Below are positions 1-11,380 of a DNA stretch of 64,000 bases, piece by piece. The stretch comes from Betaproteobacteria bacterium. Lineage in GTDB: Bacteria; Pseudomonadota; Gammaproteobacteria; Burkholderiales; SG8-39. The stretch is taken from contig SCTX01000106.1 in the NCBI GenBank assembly GCA_004298385.1, positions 12 to 64,011 on the forward strand, in the 5' to 3' direction. The position numbers were made by a program, and so were the translations under genes. Positions within the stretch are counted from its first letter, which is position 1; every line of letters begins with the position of its first letter. The notes beneath the pieces were generated by a model, which was not told where the DNA came from, searched no databases, and saw only the letters and a program-made list of their open reading frames with translations.

Positions 1-187
1 GCGCGTCAAGGGTTCGCGCCTGTCCTCGGTTCGGCATCCGGCCGGCCAACAGCAAAAAGACCGCCTCGGCGAAGCTCGCATTCTGAATGAGATCGCTGAG
101 GCGGTGCCCGCGCAGGATTACCTCATCGTCATGCTCGTCGCTGACGATCTTGGATATCGCCGTGACGTAGTGGTGCATATCGGACAT
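1..187 (-). CDS. Citryl-CoA lyase / citrate synthase-family protein, N-terminal part (runs off window)
   Basis: Manual translation from ATG at 187: MSDMHHYVTAISKIVSDEHDDEVILRGHRLSDLIQNASFAEAVFLLLAGRMP. The ..RG..L.DLI...SF.E..FLLL.GR.P pattern is typical of this family; GGAG upstream. Confidence 0.7.
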   Translation of the reverse strand, partial: MSDMHHYVTAISKIVSDEHDDEVILRGHRLSDLIQNASFAEAVFLLLAGRMPNRGQARTLDA

Positions 188-311
188 TAGGAGACTCCGT
201 AATACTATGCGGCGGAGCATTGTATCATTCTAAAGTAACTATTCAGCCTACCGGCGGGCATTGCAACGCGTTGATTTAAGTGTCGCCGATTCTAAATTTG
301 GCAACCACGAA

Positions 312-2264
312 TCACAGCTTTGCGTGACGCGCCTGTCGCAGCACGAAGCGCCCGGGATCGAGTGCATCGGCCAGATCGCCCTCGAGCGGCAACGGTTCGC
401 CTTCGATCAGGCTCGCCAGCAGCTCGCCGGCCAGGGTTGCCCAGATGAGGCCGCGCGATGCATAAGCCGAGGCACAGTAAAGCCCCGGGCATCGAGGCAG
501 ATCAGCCAGTTGCGCGCCGGAGAGTGCGGCCTTTTGCGTGTGGGCCGCATCCACGTCCGGCATGGCGCCGATGAGCGGCATGCGGTCCGGCGCCACGCAG
601 CGAAAACCCACTGCACCGCCCAGCTTCGACGCATCCAGTGCAAGCTGCGCATGCGGCAGCAGTTGCGCCAGGCGCAGCAGATTGGCCTCGTGGCTTTGCA
701 CCTGCGGCTCCGGGTCGTCGTTGTCGCGATCATAGGTGCTCCCTGTCACCACGATCCCGCCGGCGGCGGGCAGCACATATCCCGAGCCGGTGAGCACGAC
801 GCGCGGGGCCGTCAGGATTTCCGCCGGCAGATAGGTGATCTGCCCGCGAATGTTCTTGAGCGGCTGCGCGATGGAGGCGAGACGCGTGGTGTCGTTCGAG
901 TTGGCGAGGACGAGCACTGGGGCCGCTGCGATGAGCCTGCCGTCCGCGGCAAGCGCCCGCCATTCGCCGCCGTTGCGCTCGATGGCATGCACTCCGATGC
1001 CGAAATGCGGCGTGAGCGCCGCAGCGCGCGTGGCGCGGGCGCCCGCTGCGGCGAGCTGCGCCGCGATGAGACCGAGCGGACGCATCCATCCGGCGCCGGG
1101 AAACCACCAGCCGCCGCTCTTCAATCGGCATCGCGCCAGCGTCTCGGCCGCGCCACGCTCTACGTATTGCGCATAGTCGGGCGGATAGCCCAGCGCGGCG
1201 ATCGCCTCCGTCATGCGCTGCTCCCGGTCGGAGTCCCCGCCGAGTTGCAGCACGCCGCAACGCGCCCACGCAAGCGCCTGGCCTGTCCGCTCCAGCGCCG
1301 GCCAGCGCGAGACGGCGTAGAGGAAACCGCTGCGCGTGGCTCGCGACAGGATGCAGTCGTCGCGCGAAATGTGCGGGTGGAAGACGCCGGCGTAACTGCC
1401 GGGAGTTTGCGCGCCAGGCGGCGCTCGGCGCTCGATCAGGTCGATTTGCCATCCGCGGGAAGCCAGGCGCTCGCTGATCGCCGCACCCGCCAGGCCTGCC
1501 CCGATGACGATGGCGTGGCGGCTGGTCCGCCCCGGGACGGCTTCCCGCGGACTGCGCGGCGGACGGCGCGGCGCGTAGCTGCCGCGCAGCATTTCGCGCT
1601 TGCGCCCGAATCCGGAGCACTTTTCGAGCGTGAACCCCGCCGCCTCGAGTCCCTGGCGCACGGCGCCCGCGCTCGAGTAGGTCGCGACGCTCGTGCCGGG
1701 GCGAGCGAGCCGCGCCAACTGCCGCATCAGTTGCGGCGACCACATTTCCGGATTGCACCGGGGCGCGAACCCGTCCAGGTAAACGCCGTCCGCGCGCAAG
1801 CGCAAGCGCGGCATCAGCAGGGCGACGTCCCCGAATGCCAGCGTCAGCGTGAGCCTTTCACCGTCTAAATGCAGCCGGTGCAATCCGGCCACGAGCGGCG
1901 GCCACGCCTGCCGCAACCGTTCGGCCAGTGGCGCGAATTCGGCGTAGCGCCGATGCAGGGTGCGCAGCGCGTCGCGCTCGAACGGATGCTTTTCGATCGA
2001 AACAAAGTGCAGGCGTTCGCAGCGCGCGGGATCGGCGCGCCACTCGCGCCAGGTGGCGAGGAAATTCAGCCCCAGCCCGAATCCGGTTTCGAGGATGGTG
2101 AAATTGCGCTCATGTGCCCATCGGCGTGGCAGATCGCTGCCCCCGACGAACACATGGCGCGCCTGACCGGGGCCCGACTCCGCGCTGTGGTAGACATCGC
2201 CGTAGGCGGGCGAATACGGTGTTCCTTCACTGTCAAAGGCGAGTTCGGCGGGCTCGATGCGCAT
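312..2264 (-). CDS. mnmC: Bifunctional tRNA mnm5s2U34 methyltransferase / FAD-dependent oxidoreductase
   Basis: N-terminal ETGFGLGLNF, YLDGFAP..NPEMW and GFGRKREML; C-terminal IVIGAGLAG FAD oxidoreductase domain. Confidence 0.95.
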   Translation of the reverse strand: MRIEPAELAFDSEGTPYSPAYGDVYHSAESGPGQARHVFVGGSDLPRRWAHERNFTILETGFGLGLNFLATWREWRADPARCERLHFVSIEKHPFERDALRTLHRRYAEFAPLAERLRQAWPPLVAGLHRLHLDGERLTLTLAFGDVALLMPRLRLRADGVYLDGFAPRCNPEMWSPQLMRQLARLARPGTSVATYSSAGAVRQGLEAAGFTLEKCSGFGRKREMLRGSYAPRRPPRSPREAVPGRTSRHAIVIGAGLAGAAISERLASRGWQIDLIERRAPPGAQTPGSYAGVFHPHISRDDCILSRATRSGFLYAVSRWPALERTGQALAWARCGVLQLGGDSDREQRMTEAIAALGYPPDYAQYVERGAAETLARCRLKSGGWWFPGAGWMRPLGLIAAQLAAAGARATRAAALTPHFGIGVHAIERNGGEWRALAADGRLIAAAPVLVLANSNDTTRLASIAQPLKNIRGQITYLPAEILTAPRVVLTGSGYVLPAAGGIVVTGSTYDRDNDDPEPQVQSHEANLLRLAQLLPHAQLALDASKLGGAVGFRCVAPDRMPLIGAMPDVDAAHTQKAALSGAQLADLPRCPGLYCASAYASRGLIWATLAGELLASLIEGEPLPLEGDLADALDPGRFVLRQARHAKL

Positions 2265-2289
2265 GTGCGCGAATTAGCGCTGCGTGACG

Positions 2290-3537
2290 CTAGAATGCAA
2301 CATAAGGTCCGCTGGGACCGCCCGGCGTGCCGGTCCCTTCGATTGCCGTGTACACCTTGCGCCCGTAGAAGAAAGGAAGCCCCCAGTCGAAGCTGTTGGC
2401 GGCGAATTGCGGCGCCGCGAGATTGCCGAACGCGGCAAAACCCGGGTTGCTCTTCACCAGCGTAACCGCATTGGCCACGCTGAAATTGACCGGCGCGGAC
2501 CCGCCGTTCCTGCCTAGGATGGTGGCGGATACATTCTTCGCCGCAGGGGGGCAGTAAAACCCGGCGGCGGATGGGTCGGTGCAGACCGGCGTGCCGGCGT
2601 CGGCGAAGAAAAAAGCATTCGAACCGCTATCGATAAAGCTGGCGCTGTAGCTGGCGCCGTTATAAATCGTGGTGAAATTGGCCGTGTTCGAATCCACGCC
2701 GATCACGGTCGCGGTTCCGATCCCGTTGTTCGCCTGCGTGCCGATGCCGAACACCAGCGATCCGCTGACGCTGGCCGCTCCGGCGGCCGGCACCGACGGC
2801 AGCTCGATGATCACGCCGTTGTTGTTGACGGCAAACATCGATACCGGGTGCTGCAATTGCAGGGCCAGAGGAATCGCCGCCGCTTGGCAGCCCGAGGAAG
2901 GGCAGGTGTAATAGATGCCGGGCCTGCCGCTCAGCACACACGCATTGCCGCAGTCCTGGCGGAATATGGCCAGCCCCAATATACCGTTGGCGCGCAATTC
3001 CGACACCGAGTTTCTCGATGGCCCGGTGGCGGAGCATCGGCTCGGCGCCAAGGAAACTTTAGGATCGCCGATTACCTGGATCGGCAGCGAGTTCGCCTGC
3101 TCGCCCGCGATTTTCAAATCCGCCAGTTTCACCGGGCCCCAAGCGTAGCCGTCCGCGAACTGGGCGCACTCGACCACCGGATCGCCTTTGGCGTCCATCT
3201 GCTGCGGCAGCGAAAGCGATGCGGAAAGCGCCGAGGACATGATCCTCAGCCCGGTCGATCCAGTGTCGATCAATACATTGTCGATGGTCTGGCAATTGCC
3301 GCTTCCCGGCGCGCACAGCACGACGCTGGTAAACGCGAGATTGACGCTGCCGCCCAAACCGGCGTTGACTGAAATCGGCTGCACATTGGGGCCAGTGAGC
3401 GCAACCGTGTTTGTGTCCGCCGTTGCCGCGGCCGGCGTTGGCGCACCGCCGCCTCCGCCACCTCCTCCGCCGCACCCCTGGATCGCCATGAGGGCCGCAA
3501 GCGATGCCGGCGTGAGCCATTTGCGCATGCGACTCAT
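2290..3537 (-). CDS. DUF3443-family secreted/lipoprotein with pepsin-like aspartic protease motifs
   Basis: Signal peptide ending QGC plus poly-Gly linker; LIDTGSTG and FIDSGSN motifs; C-terminal FDWGLPFFYGR.VY. Confidence 0.8.
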   Translation of the reverse strand: MSRMRKWLTPASLAALMAIQGCGGGGGGGGGAPTPAAATADTNTVALTGPNVQPISVNAGLGGSVNLAFTSVVLCAPGSGNCQTIDNVLIDTGSTGLRIMSSALSASLSLPQQMDAKGDPVVECAQFADGYAWGPVKLADLKIAGEQANSLPIQVIGDPKVSLAPSRCSATGPSRNSVSELRANGILGLAIFRQDCGNACVLSGRPGIYYTCPSSGCQAAAIPLALQLQHPVSMFAVNNNGVIIELPSVPAAGAASVSGSLVFGIGTQANNGIGTATVIGVDSNTANFTTIYNGASYSASFIDSGSNAFFFADAGTPVCTDPSAAGFYCPPAAKNVSATILGRNGGSAPVNFSVANAVTLVKSNPGFAAFGNLAAPQFAANSFDWGLPFFYGRKVYTAIEGTGTPGGPSGPYVAF

Positions 3538-3540
3538 GCT

Positions 3541-3993
3541 CTATTGAATTTCCCCGGCCAAAACGCCTCGCGGCAACAGCTTGGGAACATACGCTCTGCC
3601 GAAAAATGCCCGCATATGCCCGCCGCTCTGCACCACCAGGCCGGGCTGTTGCGTCACGCGGGGTCCCGGACCGCCATCCGAGGTCTTCACCGCCTCGGTA
3701 TATTGTTCGAAGTACCGGCCCAGGACCTGCCGTAGATCCGGAAGCGAGGGACCCCGCCAGGAAACGGCGAACACCATTCCCGCCGGCGAGACATATTGCC
3801 TGACCACGGTGCCCGAAGGCAACTGGATTTCGTGCACGGCGAATTTTGCGGCGCCGGTGATTTGCAGCGTACCCTGCAGTTGCGTTCGATCGGTCCGCAC
3901 CGAGCTCACGTCCTCTCCCAGCGTTGCTGCGGCGGGAACGGAAACGACCAGCGCAACTAAAGCAAGGCGCGTCAAGCAGAGGTTCAATTCCAA
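3541..3993 (-). CDS. DUF2844-family secreted protein
   Basis: Signal peptide; GTVVRQYV..G.VFAVSW.GP..PDL..LG.YF and SGGHMRAF.GRAY.P; immediately upstream of the DUF3443 gene, its usual partner. Start codon uncertain. Confidence 0.8.
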   Translation of the reverse strand: MELNLCLTRLALVALVVSVPAAATLGEDVSSVRTDRTQLQGTLQITGAAKFAVHEIQLPSGTVVRQYVSPAGMVFAVSWRGPSLPDLRQVLGRYFEQYTEAVKTSDGGPGPRVTQQPGLVVQSGGHMRAFFGRAYVPKLLPRGVLAGEIQ

Positions 3994-4371
3994 TTCCGTC
4001 CCCCGCGTCCGATTGCTTACGGACTCACCCCGGCGTCACAGGATCTGCCGCGCAATGCGCAGGCGCGTCGCGCGCATGTCGGTGCCGCCGGCGATCAGCA
4101 TGCCGCGCGGCCCTTCGCCCGCGAGGATACGAGCGGCTTCCGCCACGCTGGTGAGCGCATGAAATCGAAACCAGAGCAGACGCATCATGATTTACGCGAT
4201 TCCGACCGATTTTGAGGCTCTCGGCATGATATCTGCAATTGACTGCCGCTGCCAGACTCGGAGATACTGTCAAGAGTGTCGCTGAATTTCCTATCCTTGC
4301 ACCGCGGTCATATGCACTTCAGGGCATATCTCTCAGCGCTTGATCTTGATCCATAAGAAGGAGGCCCGTCC

Positions 4372-6420
4372 ATGAAATTCCAGAAACTATTCGAACCCGG
4401 CAAGATTGGCGCCATGGAACTAAAGAACCGGATAGTACTCCCCGCAATGGGGTTGAATTTCTGTACGGACAAAACCCTAAATGAGCGCTTGCTGGGTTTT
4501 TACGAGGAGCGCGCCCGTGGCGGCGTTGGACTGATAATTGCCTCGGCCGGCATAGAACACACCGATGAAAGGGGCTACGAGCAGTTGAACAAGAGCGATA
4601 AGATGGGTTATATCCCCAGCCTGGGCCATGATAAGTATCTGCCCGGATGGCAAAGGCTGGTAGATGTTGCGCACAAACACGGGGCCAAGCTGGGAGTTCA
4701 GATTGCGCACATCGGTAAGTATGCTCATTCCAGCCTATTGGGTGGCGAGCAGCCAGTCTCGCCTTCGGCTATCCAGGCCAATCTGACGGTGCACGGCTTG
4801 CCCGGTGAGATGCCGCGGGAGCTTGCTATTCCGGAAATAAAACTCATCCAGCGAAACATTGCCAATACCGTCAAACGCGCTAAGGGAGCCGGTGTAGATA
4901 TAGTTGAGCTGAATGCGTGCTCGGGCTATCTCATCCGGGAATTTCTCTCGCCCATCACCAATAAGCGGACGGACGAGTATGGCGGCAGTCTGGAGAACCG
5001 GATGCGCTTCCTGCTCGAAGTCATCGGCAAAATCCAAGCGACGGTGGGAAAAGACTATCCCCTGATGGCCCGGATCTCAGCCAACGAGTATCTTCCCGAA
5101 GGCCATACTCTCGATGAGTCCGCCATAGTGGCCCGGGCCTTGGAAAAAGCCGGGCTCCATGCCATTAGTGTTGTCGGGGGGGGGCATGAGACCATGGTTC
5201 CATTGTCGCCTATGTCGGTTCCCCGAGGCGCTTTTGTCTATCTGGCGCAAGGGATCAAGAATGTGGTGAGTATCCCGGTTATTGCTTCAGCCCGGATCAA
5301 TGACCCCGTAATGGCGGAAAATATCTTGCGCGACGATCGGGCCGATTTTGTGGCTATTGCTCGCGCCTTGCTGGCGGACCCTGATTTTTCCAACAAGGCC
5401 AAGGATGGGAGGTCGGATGATATCCGGCCTTGCATCGCCTGTAACCAGGGGTGCTTTGATTTGCTATTCGAATGGAAACCGGTGACCTGTTTGATGAATC
5501 CACTGGTCGGCTGCGAGAAGGAGCGTCAAATAACTCCGGCTGGGAAGAAAAAGAAAGTCATGGTGATCGGAGGTGGGCCGGCCGGCATGGAGATATCCCA
5601 GGTGCTGGCCTTGCGCGGACATACGGTATCTTTATACGAAAAAGCGGATCGGCTGGGAGGTCAGATTAATCTATCGGCCATACCGCCCGGCCGGGAAGAG
5701 CTTGCCAACATACCGGTATATTTCAGCAAGCAACTAAACAAACTGGGGGTTAAGGTAAACCTGGGTCGAGAGGTTAACTCCCAATTGATCAGCCAGGAAA
5801 AACCCGATGCCGTTGTGGTGGCCACGGGTGCTCAGCCCTTGGTTCCGGATCTGCCCGGTTTGAAAGAGAATCAAGTAATCACTGCCTGGGATGCCTTATA
5901 TGGTGATGCGCCGGTAGGCAAACGGATAGTGGTGCTGGGCGGCGGTTCCGTAGGCTGTGAAACCGCCATATTTTTGGCCCAAAAAGGTGCCATAGACGCT
6001 GAAACCTTTGCTTTTCTAAGCAGTTACGGGGCCTGTGATCCGCAAACCGCTTTGGGTTTGACTATGAAAGGGAATAAGGACGTCTCTCTCATAGAGATGC
6101 AGACCCGGATCGGTCAGGACTTCGGCAAAGGGAACCGGTGGGTATTCATGGGCGAGATAAAGCGGCTCGGTATCAAGGTCATAACCAAAGCCGAAGTCAC
6201 GGCAATAACCCCCGAAGGGGTAAGGATCAAAATCGGAGCGCAGGAACAGCTTGTCCCGGCGGATACCGTGGTCTTGGCCGTGGGCTCTCGGCCGAATAAC
6301 CGACTCTATGCGGAGATAAAAGATAAGGTGGCCGAGACTTATCTGATCGGCGATGCCCAGAAACCCAGACGGGCTCTGGATGCAATCCATGAGGGGTTTG
6401 AATTGGGATGCCGCATCTAG
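4372..6420 (+). CDS. NADH:flavin oxidoreductase (OYE barrel + 4Fe-4S + FAD), 2,4-dienoyl-CoA reductase-like
   Basis: LKNRIV.PAM, NKRTDEYGGSLENRMRF, CIACNQGC-x11-C cluster motif, VIGGGPAG; AAGGAGG RBS. Confidence 0.9.
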   Translation: MKFQKLFEPGKIGAMELKNRIVLPAMGLNFCTDKTLNERLLGFYEERARGGVGLIIASAGIEHTDERGYEQLNKSDKMGYIPSLGHDKYLPGWQRLVDVAHKHGAKLGVQIAHIGKYAHSSLLGGEQPVSPSAIQANLTVHGLPGEMPRELAIPEIKLIQRNIANTVKRAKGAGVDIVELNACSGYLIREFLSPITNKRTDEYGGSLENRMRFLLEVIGKIQATVGKDYPLMARISANEYLPEGHTLDESAIVARALEKAGLHAISVVGGGHETMVPLSPMSVPRGAFVYLAQGIKNVVSIPVIASARINDPVMAENILRDDRADFVAIARALLADPDFSNKAKDGRSDDIRPCIACNQGCFDLLFEWKPVTCLMNPLVGCEKERQITPAGKKKKVMVIGGGPAGMEISQVLALRGHTVSLYEKADRLGGQINLSAIPPGREELANIPVYFSKQLNKLGVKVNLGREVNSQLISQEKPDAVVVATGAQPLVPDLPGLKENQVITAWDALYGDAPVGKRIVVLGGGSVGCETAIFLAQKGAIDAETFAFLSSYGACDPQTALGLTMKGNKDVSLIEMQTRIGQDFGKGNRWVFMGEIKRLGIKVITKAEVTAITPEGVRIKIGAQEQLVPADTVVLAVGSRPNNRLYAEIKDKVAETYLIGDAQKPRRALDAIHEGFELGCRI

Positions 6421-6453
6421 AGGCGGGATGGCGGGAGCCTGCGCCGCCCGCGC

Positions 6454-7227
6454 CTACAGTACCGCCGAAGCGCCGCCGTCCAGATTGATGCTGGTGCCGG
6501 TGATATAGCTCGCCGCTTCCGACGCGAGAAACGCGATCGCGTCGGCGACTTCCTCGGCGCGGCCGACGCGCCCCAGCGGTATGTCCTTCGCCAGCTTGGC
6601 GTAGTACTGCTCCAGCGCGACACCGGCCTTGGCTGCCTTGCGTTCGTGCTGCCCCGCGCGCACCAGGCCGATGCATATGGTGTTTACCAGGATCTGGTGT
6701 GGCGCAAACTCCTTCGACAGCGCCTTCGTGAACGCGAGTCCCGCTGCGCGCGTGACCGTGGTCGGCATCGACTTGGCGCGGGGCTGCTTGGCGCCGGTAT
6801 TGGTGATGTTGACGATGCGCCCCCCGCCCTGCTGTTTCAGGTGCGGGATCGCCAGGCGCGCGAGCCGGATCGCGGCGAAGAGCTTGAGCTCGAAGTCCGC
6901 CTGCCAGATGTCATCGGTCACCGATTCGAATTCGCCGGTGGCCGAGGTGCCGGCATTGTTGACGAGAATGTCGAGCCGGCCGAATGCCCCGACCGCCTCC
7001 GCCACCAGCCTGGCGCAATCCTCCGCCCTGCTTACGTCCGCCTGCACCGCGGCAACGCTGCCCCCGGCGGCGCGGATCTCGAGCGCGACCTGATCCAGCA
7101 GCTCCCGGCCGCGCGCGGCAATCACCACGCTTGCGCCCTCTTGCGCCAGCCGCAGCGCGCTCGCCCTGCCTATGCCCTGCGAGCCGCCGGTAACGATCGC
7201 GACCTTGTTCTTCAGTTGCAAATCCAT
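6454..7227 (-). CDS. Short-chain dehydrogenase/reductase
   Basis: TGGSQGIG, LVNNAG, YITGTSINLDGG. Confidence 0.9.
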   Translation of the reverse strand: MDLQLKNKVAIVTGGSQGIGRASALRLAQEGASVVIAARGRELLDQVALEIRAAGGSVAAVQADVSRAEDCARLVAEAVGAFGRLDILVNNAGTSATGEFESVTDDIWQADFELKLFAAIRLARLAIPHLKQQGGGRIVNITNTGAKQPRAKSMPTTVTRAAGLAFTKALSKEFAPHQILVNTICIGLVRAGQHERKAAKAGVALEQYYAKLAKDIPLGRVGRAEEVADAIAFLASEAASYITGTSINLDGGASAVL

Positions 7228-7360
7228 CGGTGTTCTCCCATAGATTCCTGCGCTTCAAATGCCCGACAAAACCGCTACGACAAATTCTTTTTGTCGATAG
7301 ATGATAGGTAAGATCATAGCCAGATACCGGCTTCAGGGCGAGGCCATTTTGAACCTGTGA

Positions 7361-8578
<1,218 letters not shown>

Positions 8579-8613
8579 GGGGCGCTCATCCCGGGTGTTG
8601 CGGGGTCTCGACG

Positions 8614-8800
8614 TTGCGCGGACGAGAACCCGTCCGCGCGGATCGTCGATAGCGCACGGATGAAAAGCACATCCGCGCGCGATCGACGATCTTGGATAAA
8701 AGCCACCCCAAACCGATTTTGGTTTTATTCATAACCGTGTTTTCCGTGCGGATACGCTTTTCATCCGCGCGGAAAACACGGTTGGCGCGCGCGAGCGCGC
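8614..8800. repeat. Modular REP/BIME-like palindromic repeat, copy 1
   Basis: Three hairpins (GCGCGGACG..CGTCCGCGC; GATCGTCGAT..GGATGAAAAGCACATCC..ATCGACGATC; AACCGTGTTTTCC..GGAAAACACGGTT) between convergent genes; the same modules recur at 62287-62560. Confidence 0.8.
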
Positions 8801-8902
8801 AATGCCAGTGCGTCGGCACGCGGCGAAATATAAGGCAGGGTATATAGGGCTCCCGCCTGCCTTGCACACCAGTGTCGGGATTTGCGCTGGCTGACGCCGC
8901 CT

Positions 8903-11380
8903 TCAGCGCACTACGGGTTCGGCCTGCCAGATCTGCTCCGCGTATTCGCGGATGGTGCGGTCGCTGGAGAATTTTCCCATATTGGCTACGTTGAGAATGA
9001 CTTTGCGCAGCCATTGCTGCTGATCGCGATAGGCCGCTTCGACCTCCTTCTGACAGGCAACGTAGGACGCATAGTCGGCCAGCAGCAGATAGTGGTCGCC
9101 GTCGGCGAGCAGGTTATCCACGATGGCCTTGAACCGGTCCGGTTCCTCCGGCGAAAAATAGCCCCTGGCAATCATGTCGATGGCCTGGCGCAAGTCGTCG
9201 TTCGCGAGATAGTAATCCGCCGGCCTGTAGCCGCTGGCGCGCAGCTTGGCGACCTCTTCGGTGGTAAGGCCGAAAATGAAAATATTGTCCTCGCCTACTT
9301 CGCTCCTGATTTCGACATTGGCGCCGTCCAGGGTCCCTATGGTAAGTGCCCCATTCAATGCCAGCTTCATGTTGCCGGTGCCCGACGCCTCGGTGCCGGC
9401 GGTGGATATCTGCTCCGACAAATCGGCTGCCGGAATGATGTTCTCGGCCACGGAAACCCCGTAATTGGGCACGAATACCAGCTTCAGCCGTCCGTGTATG
9501 CGAATGTCATTGTTGACGATATCGGCCACGTCGTTGATCAGCCGGATAATCAGTTTGGCCATGGCGTAGGCCGGCGCCGCCTTGCCGCCGAAGATCACGG
9601 TGCGCGGCACCGCGTCGCCCTGCGGAGCATCGCACAGGCGCTTGTACAACGTCACCACGTGCAGCACGTTGAGCAATTGCCGCTTGTATTCGTGGATGCG
9701 CTTGATCTGCACGTCGAACAGCGAATCAACGTCGATCTCCATGCCCAGTAAAGACTTGAGTTCCGCCGCGAACCTTTGCTTGTTGGCGCGCTTTACCGCC
9801 GCGAATTCCCGGCGGAACTGCGCGTCCTCGGCCAGCGGAATCAGGCGCCGCAACTGGGTGAGATCCTTGAGCCAGCCGTCGCCGATGCGCTCAGTGATTA
9901 AAGCCGCGAGCAGCGGATTGGCCTGGTTCAACCAGCGGCGGGGGGTAATGCCGTTGGTCATGTTGATGATCTTGCCCGGAAAATAGCGGTCGAAATCGGC
10001 AAATATGGTCTGCTTCATGAGCTCGGTGTGGATCTGCGCCACGCCGTTTACCTTATGGCTGCCGACGACGGCGAGGTGCGCCATGCGCACGCGCTTGCCC
10101 TCTTCTTCGCCGATGATCGACATGCGCCGGCGCATGTCGTTGTCGCCGGGAAAACTGTGCATCACCCCGATGAGGAAGCGCTGGTTGATTTCGTAAATGA
10201 TCTGCAGGTGGCGCGGCAGCAGTTGCTCGAACATCGCGATCGGCCAGGTTTCCAGCGCCTCCGCCATCAGCGTATGGTTGGTGTAGGAGAAGGTGCGGGT
10301 GGTGATGTCCCAGGCCCTGTCCCAATCCAGGTGGTTTAGGTCGACGAGGATGCGCATCAGCTCGGGGATGGCGATCGCGGGGTGGGTATCGTTCAACTGG
10401 ATTGCGACTTTGTCCGGAAGCTGGTCGAAGCCTTCGTGGAATTTGCTGTAGCGGTACAGGATGTCTTGCAACGATGCGCAGACGAAGAAATATTGCTGTT
10501 TCAGGCGCAGTTCGCGGCCCATTGCAGTGGAGTCTTGGGGGTAGAGGACCTTGGACAGGTTTTCCGACTGGTTCTTGTCCTCGACCGCCTTGATGTAATT
10601 GCCCTCGTTGAAATATTTAAGGTCGAAGTCGCGCGACGCCTTGGCCGCCCACAAGCGCATGTTGTTTACGGTAGAGGTGGCATAACCAGGGATGGGCGTG
10701 TCGTAGGCCATCGCCATCACGTCTTCGGTGTCCACCCAATGATGGCGCTGCACGCCGTCTTCGTCGGAGAACTGCACCACGCGCCCGCCGAATTTGACAT
10801 GGTAGAGCACTTCCGCGCGCGGGAATTCCCAGGGATTGCCGTAGCGCAGCCAGTTGTCGGGGTGTTCCACCTGCCGCCCCCCCTCGATGCGCTGCGAGAA
10901 CATGCCGTACTCGTAGCGTATGCCGTAGCCGAAGCCGGGCAGATTCAGCGTCGCCATCGAATCCAGAAAACAGGCCGCAAGCCGCCCCAGGCCGCCGTTG
11001 CCCAAAGCCGCGTCGAATTCCATTTCGCACACCTGCCGCAAATCGACGCCTTGCTGCCGCAACGCTTCGCTGCATTCTTTCTCGAAGCCGAGGTTGAGCA
11101 GACTGTTCATCAGCGTGCGCCCCATCAGGAACTCCATCGACAGGTAATACACCCGCTTCGCGTCCGCGGCGTAATAGCTGCGCATGGTTTCCATCCAGCG
11201 CTCGATCAGGCGGTCGCGCGTCATGAACGCGGTGGCATGAAACCAGTCGCGCGTGGTCGCCATGATGTCGTCCTTGCCTACGGAAAACACCAGGCGATTG
11301 ACCATGGACTTGCTCACCGAAGCGACGTCGACGCCGGCAAGCTGATGGTTGATGAGGGATTGCAGCGGCTGCTTTGTCAT
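8903..11380 (-). CDS. glgP: Glycogen/starch phosphorylase
   Basis: LGNGGLGRLAACF, QLNDTHP, KRIHEYKRQ, EASGTGNMK (PLP lysine). Confidence 0.97.
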   Translation of the reverse strand: MTKQPLQSLINHQLAGVDVASVSKSMVNRLVFSVGKDDIMATTRDWFHATAFMTRDRLIERWMETMRSYYAADAKRVYYLSMEFLMGRTLMNSLLNLGFEKECSEALRQQGVDLRQVCEMEFDAALGNGGLGRLAACFLDSMATLNLPGFGYGIRYEYGMFSQRIEGGRQVEHPDNWLRYGNPWEFPRAEVLYHVKFGGRVVQFSDEDGVQRHHWVDTEDVMAMAYDTPIPGYATSTVNNMRLWAAKASRDFDLKYFNEGNYIKAVEDKNQSENLSKVLYPQDSTAMGRELRLKQQYFFVCASLQDILYRYSKFHEGFDQLPDKVAIQLNDTHPAIAIPELMRILVDLNHLDWDRAWDITTRTFSYTNHTLMAEALETWPIAMFEQLLPRHLQIIYEINQRFLIGVMHSFPGDNDMRRRMSIIGEEEGKRVRMAHLAVVGSHKVNGVAQIHTELMKQTIFADFDRYFPGKIINMTNGITPRRWLNQANPLLAALITERIGDGWLKDLTQLRRLIPLAEDAQFRREFAAVKRANKQRFAAELKSLLGMEIDVDSLFDVQIKRIHEYKRQLLNVLHVVTLYKRLCDAPQGDAVPRTVIFGGKAAPAYAMAKLIIRLINDVADIVNNDIRIHGRLKLVFVPNYGVSVAENIIPAADLSEQISTAGTEASGTGNMKLALNGALTIGTLDGANVEIRSEVGEDNIFIFGLTTEEVAKLRASGYRPADYYLANDDLRQAIDMIARGYFSPEEPDRFKAIVDNLLADGDHYLLLADYASYVACQKEVEAAYRDQQQWLRKVILNVANMGKFSSDRTIREYAEQIWQAEPVVR

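Noticed and set aside
261-1868. Long antisense ORFs (this one and e.g. 6911-8476, 40757-42376, 45275-47044)
   Set aside because: Shadow ORFs of high-GC coding strands with no motifs.
8614-8800. CRISPR array
   Set aside because: No regularly spaced identical direct repeats with unique spacers and no cas genes; the same applies at 62.3 kb.
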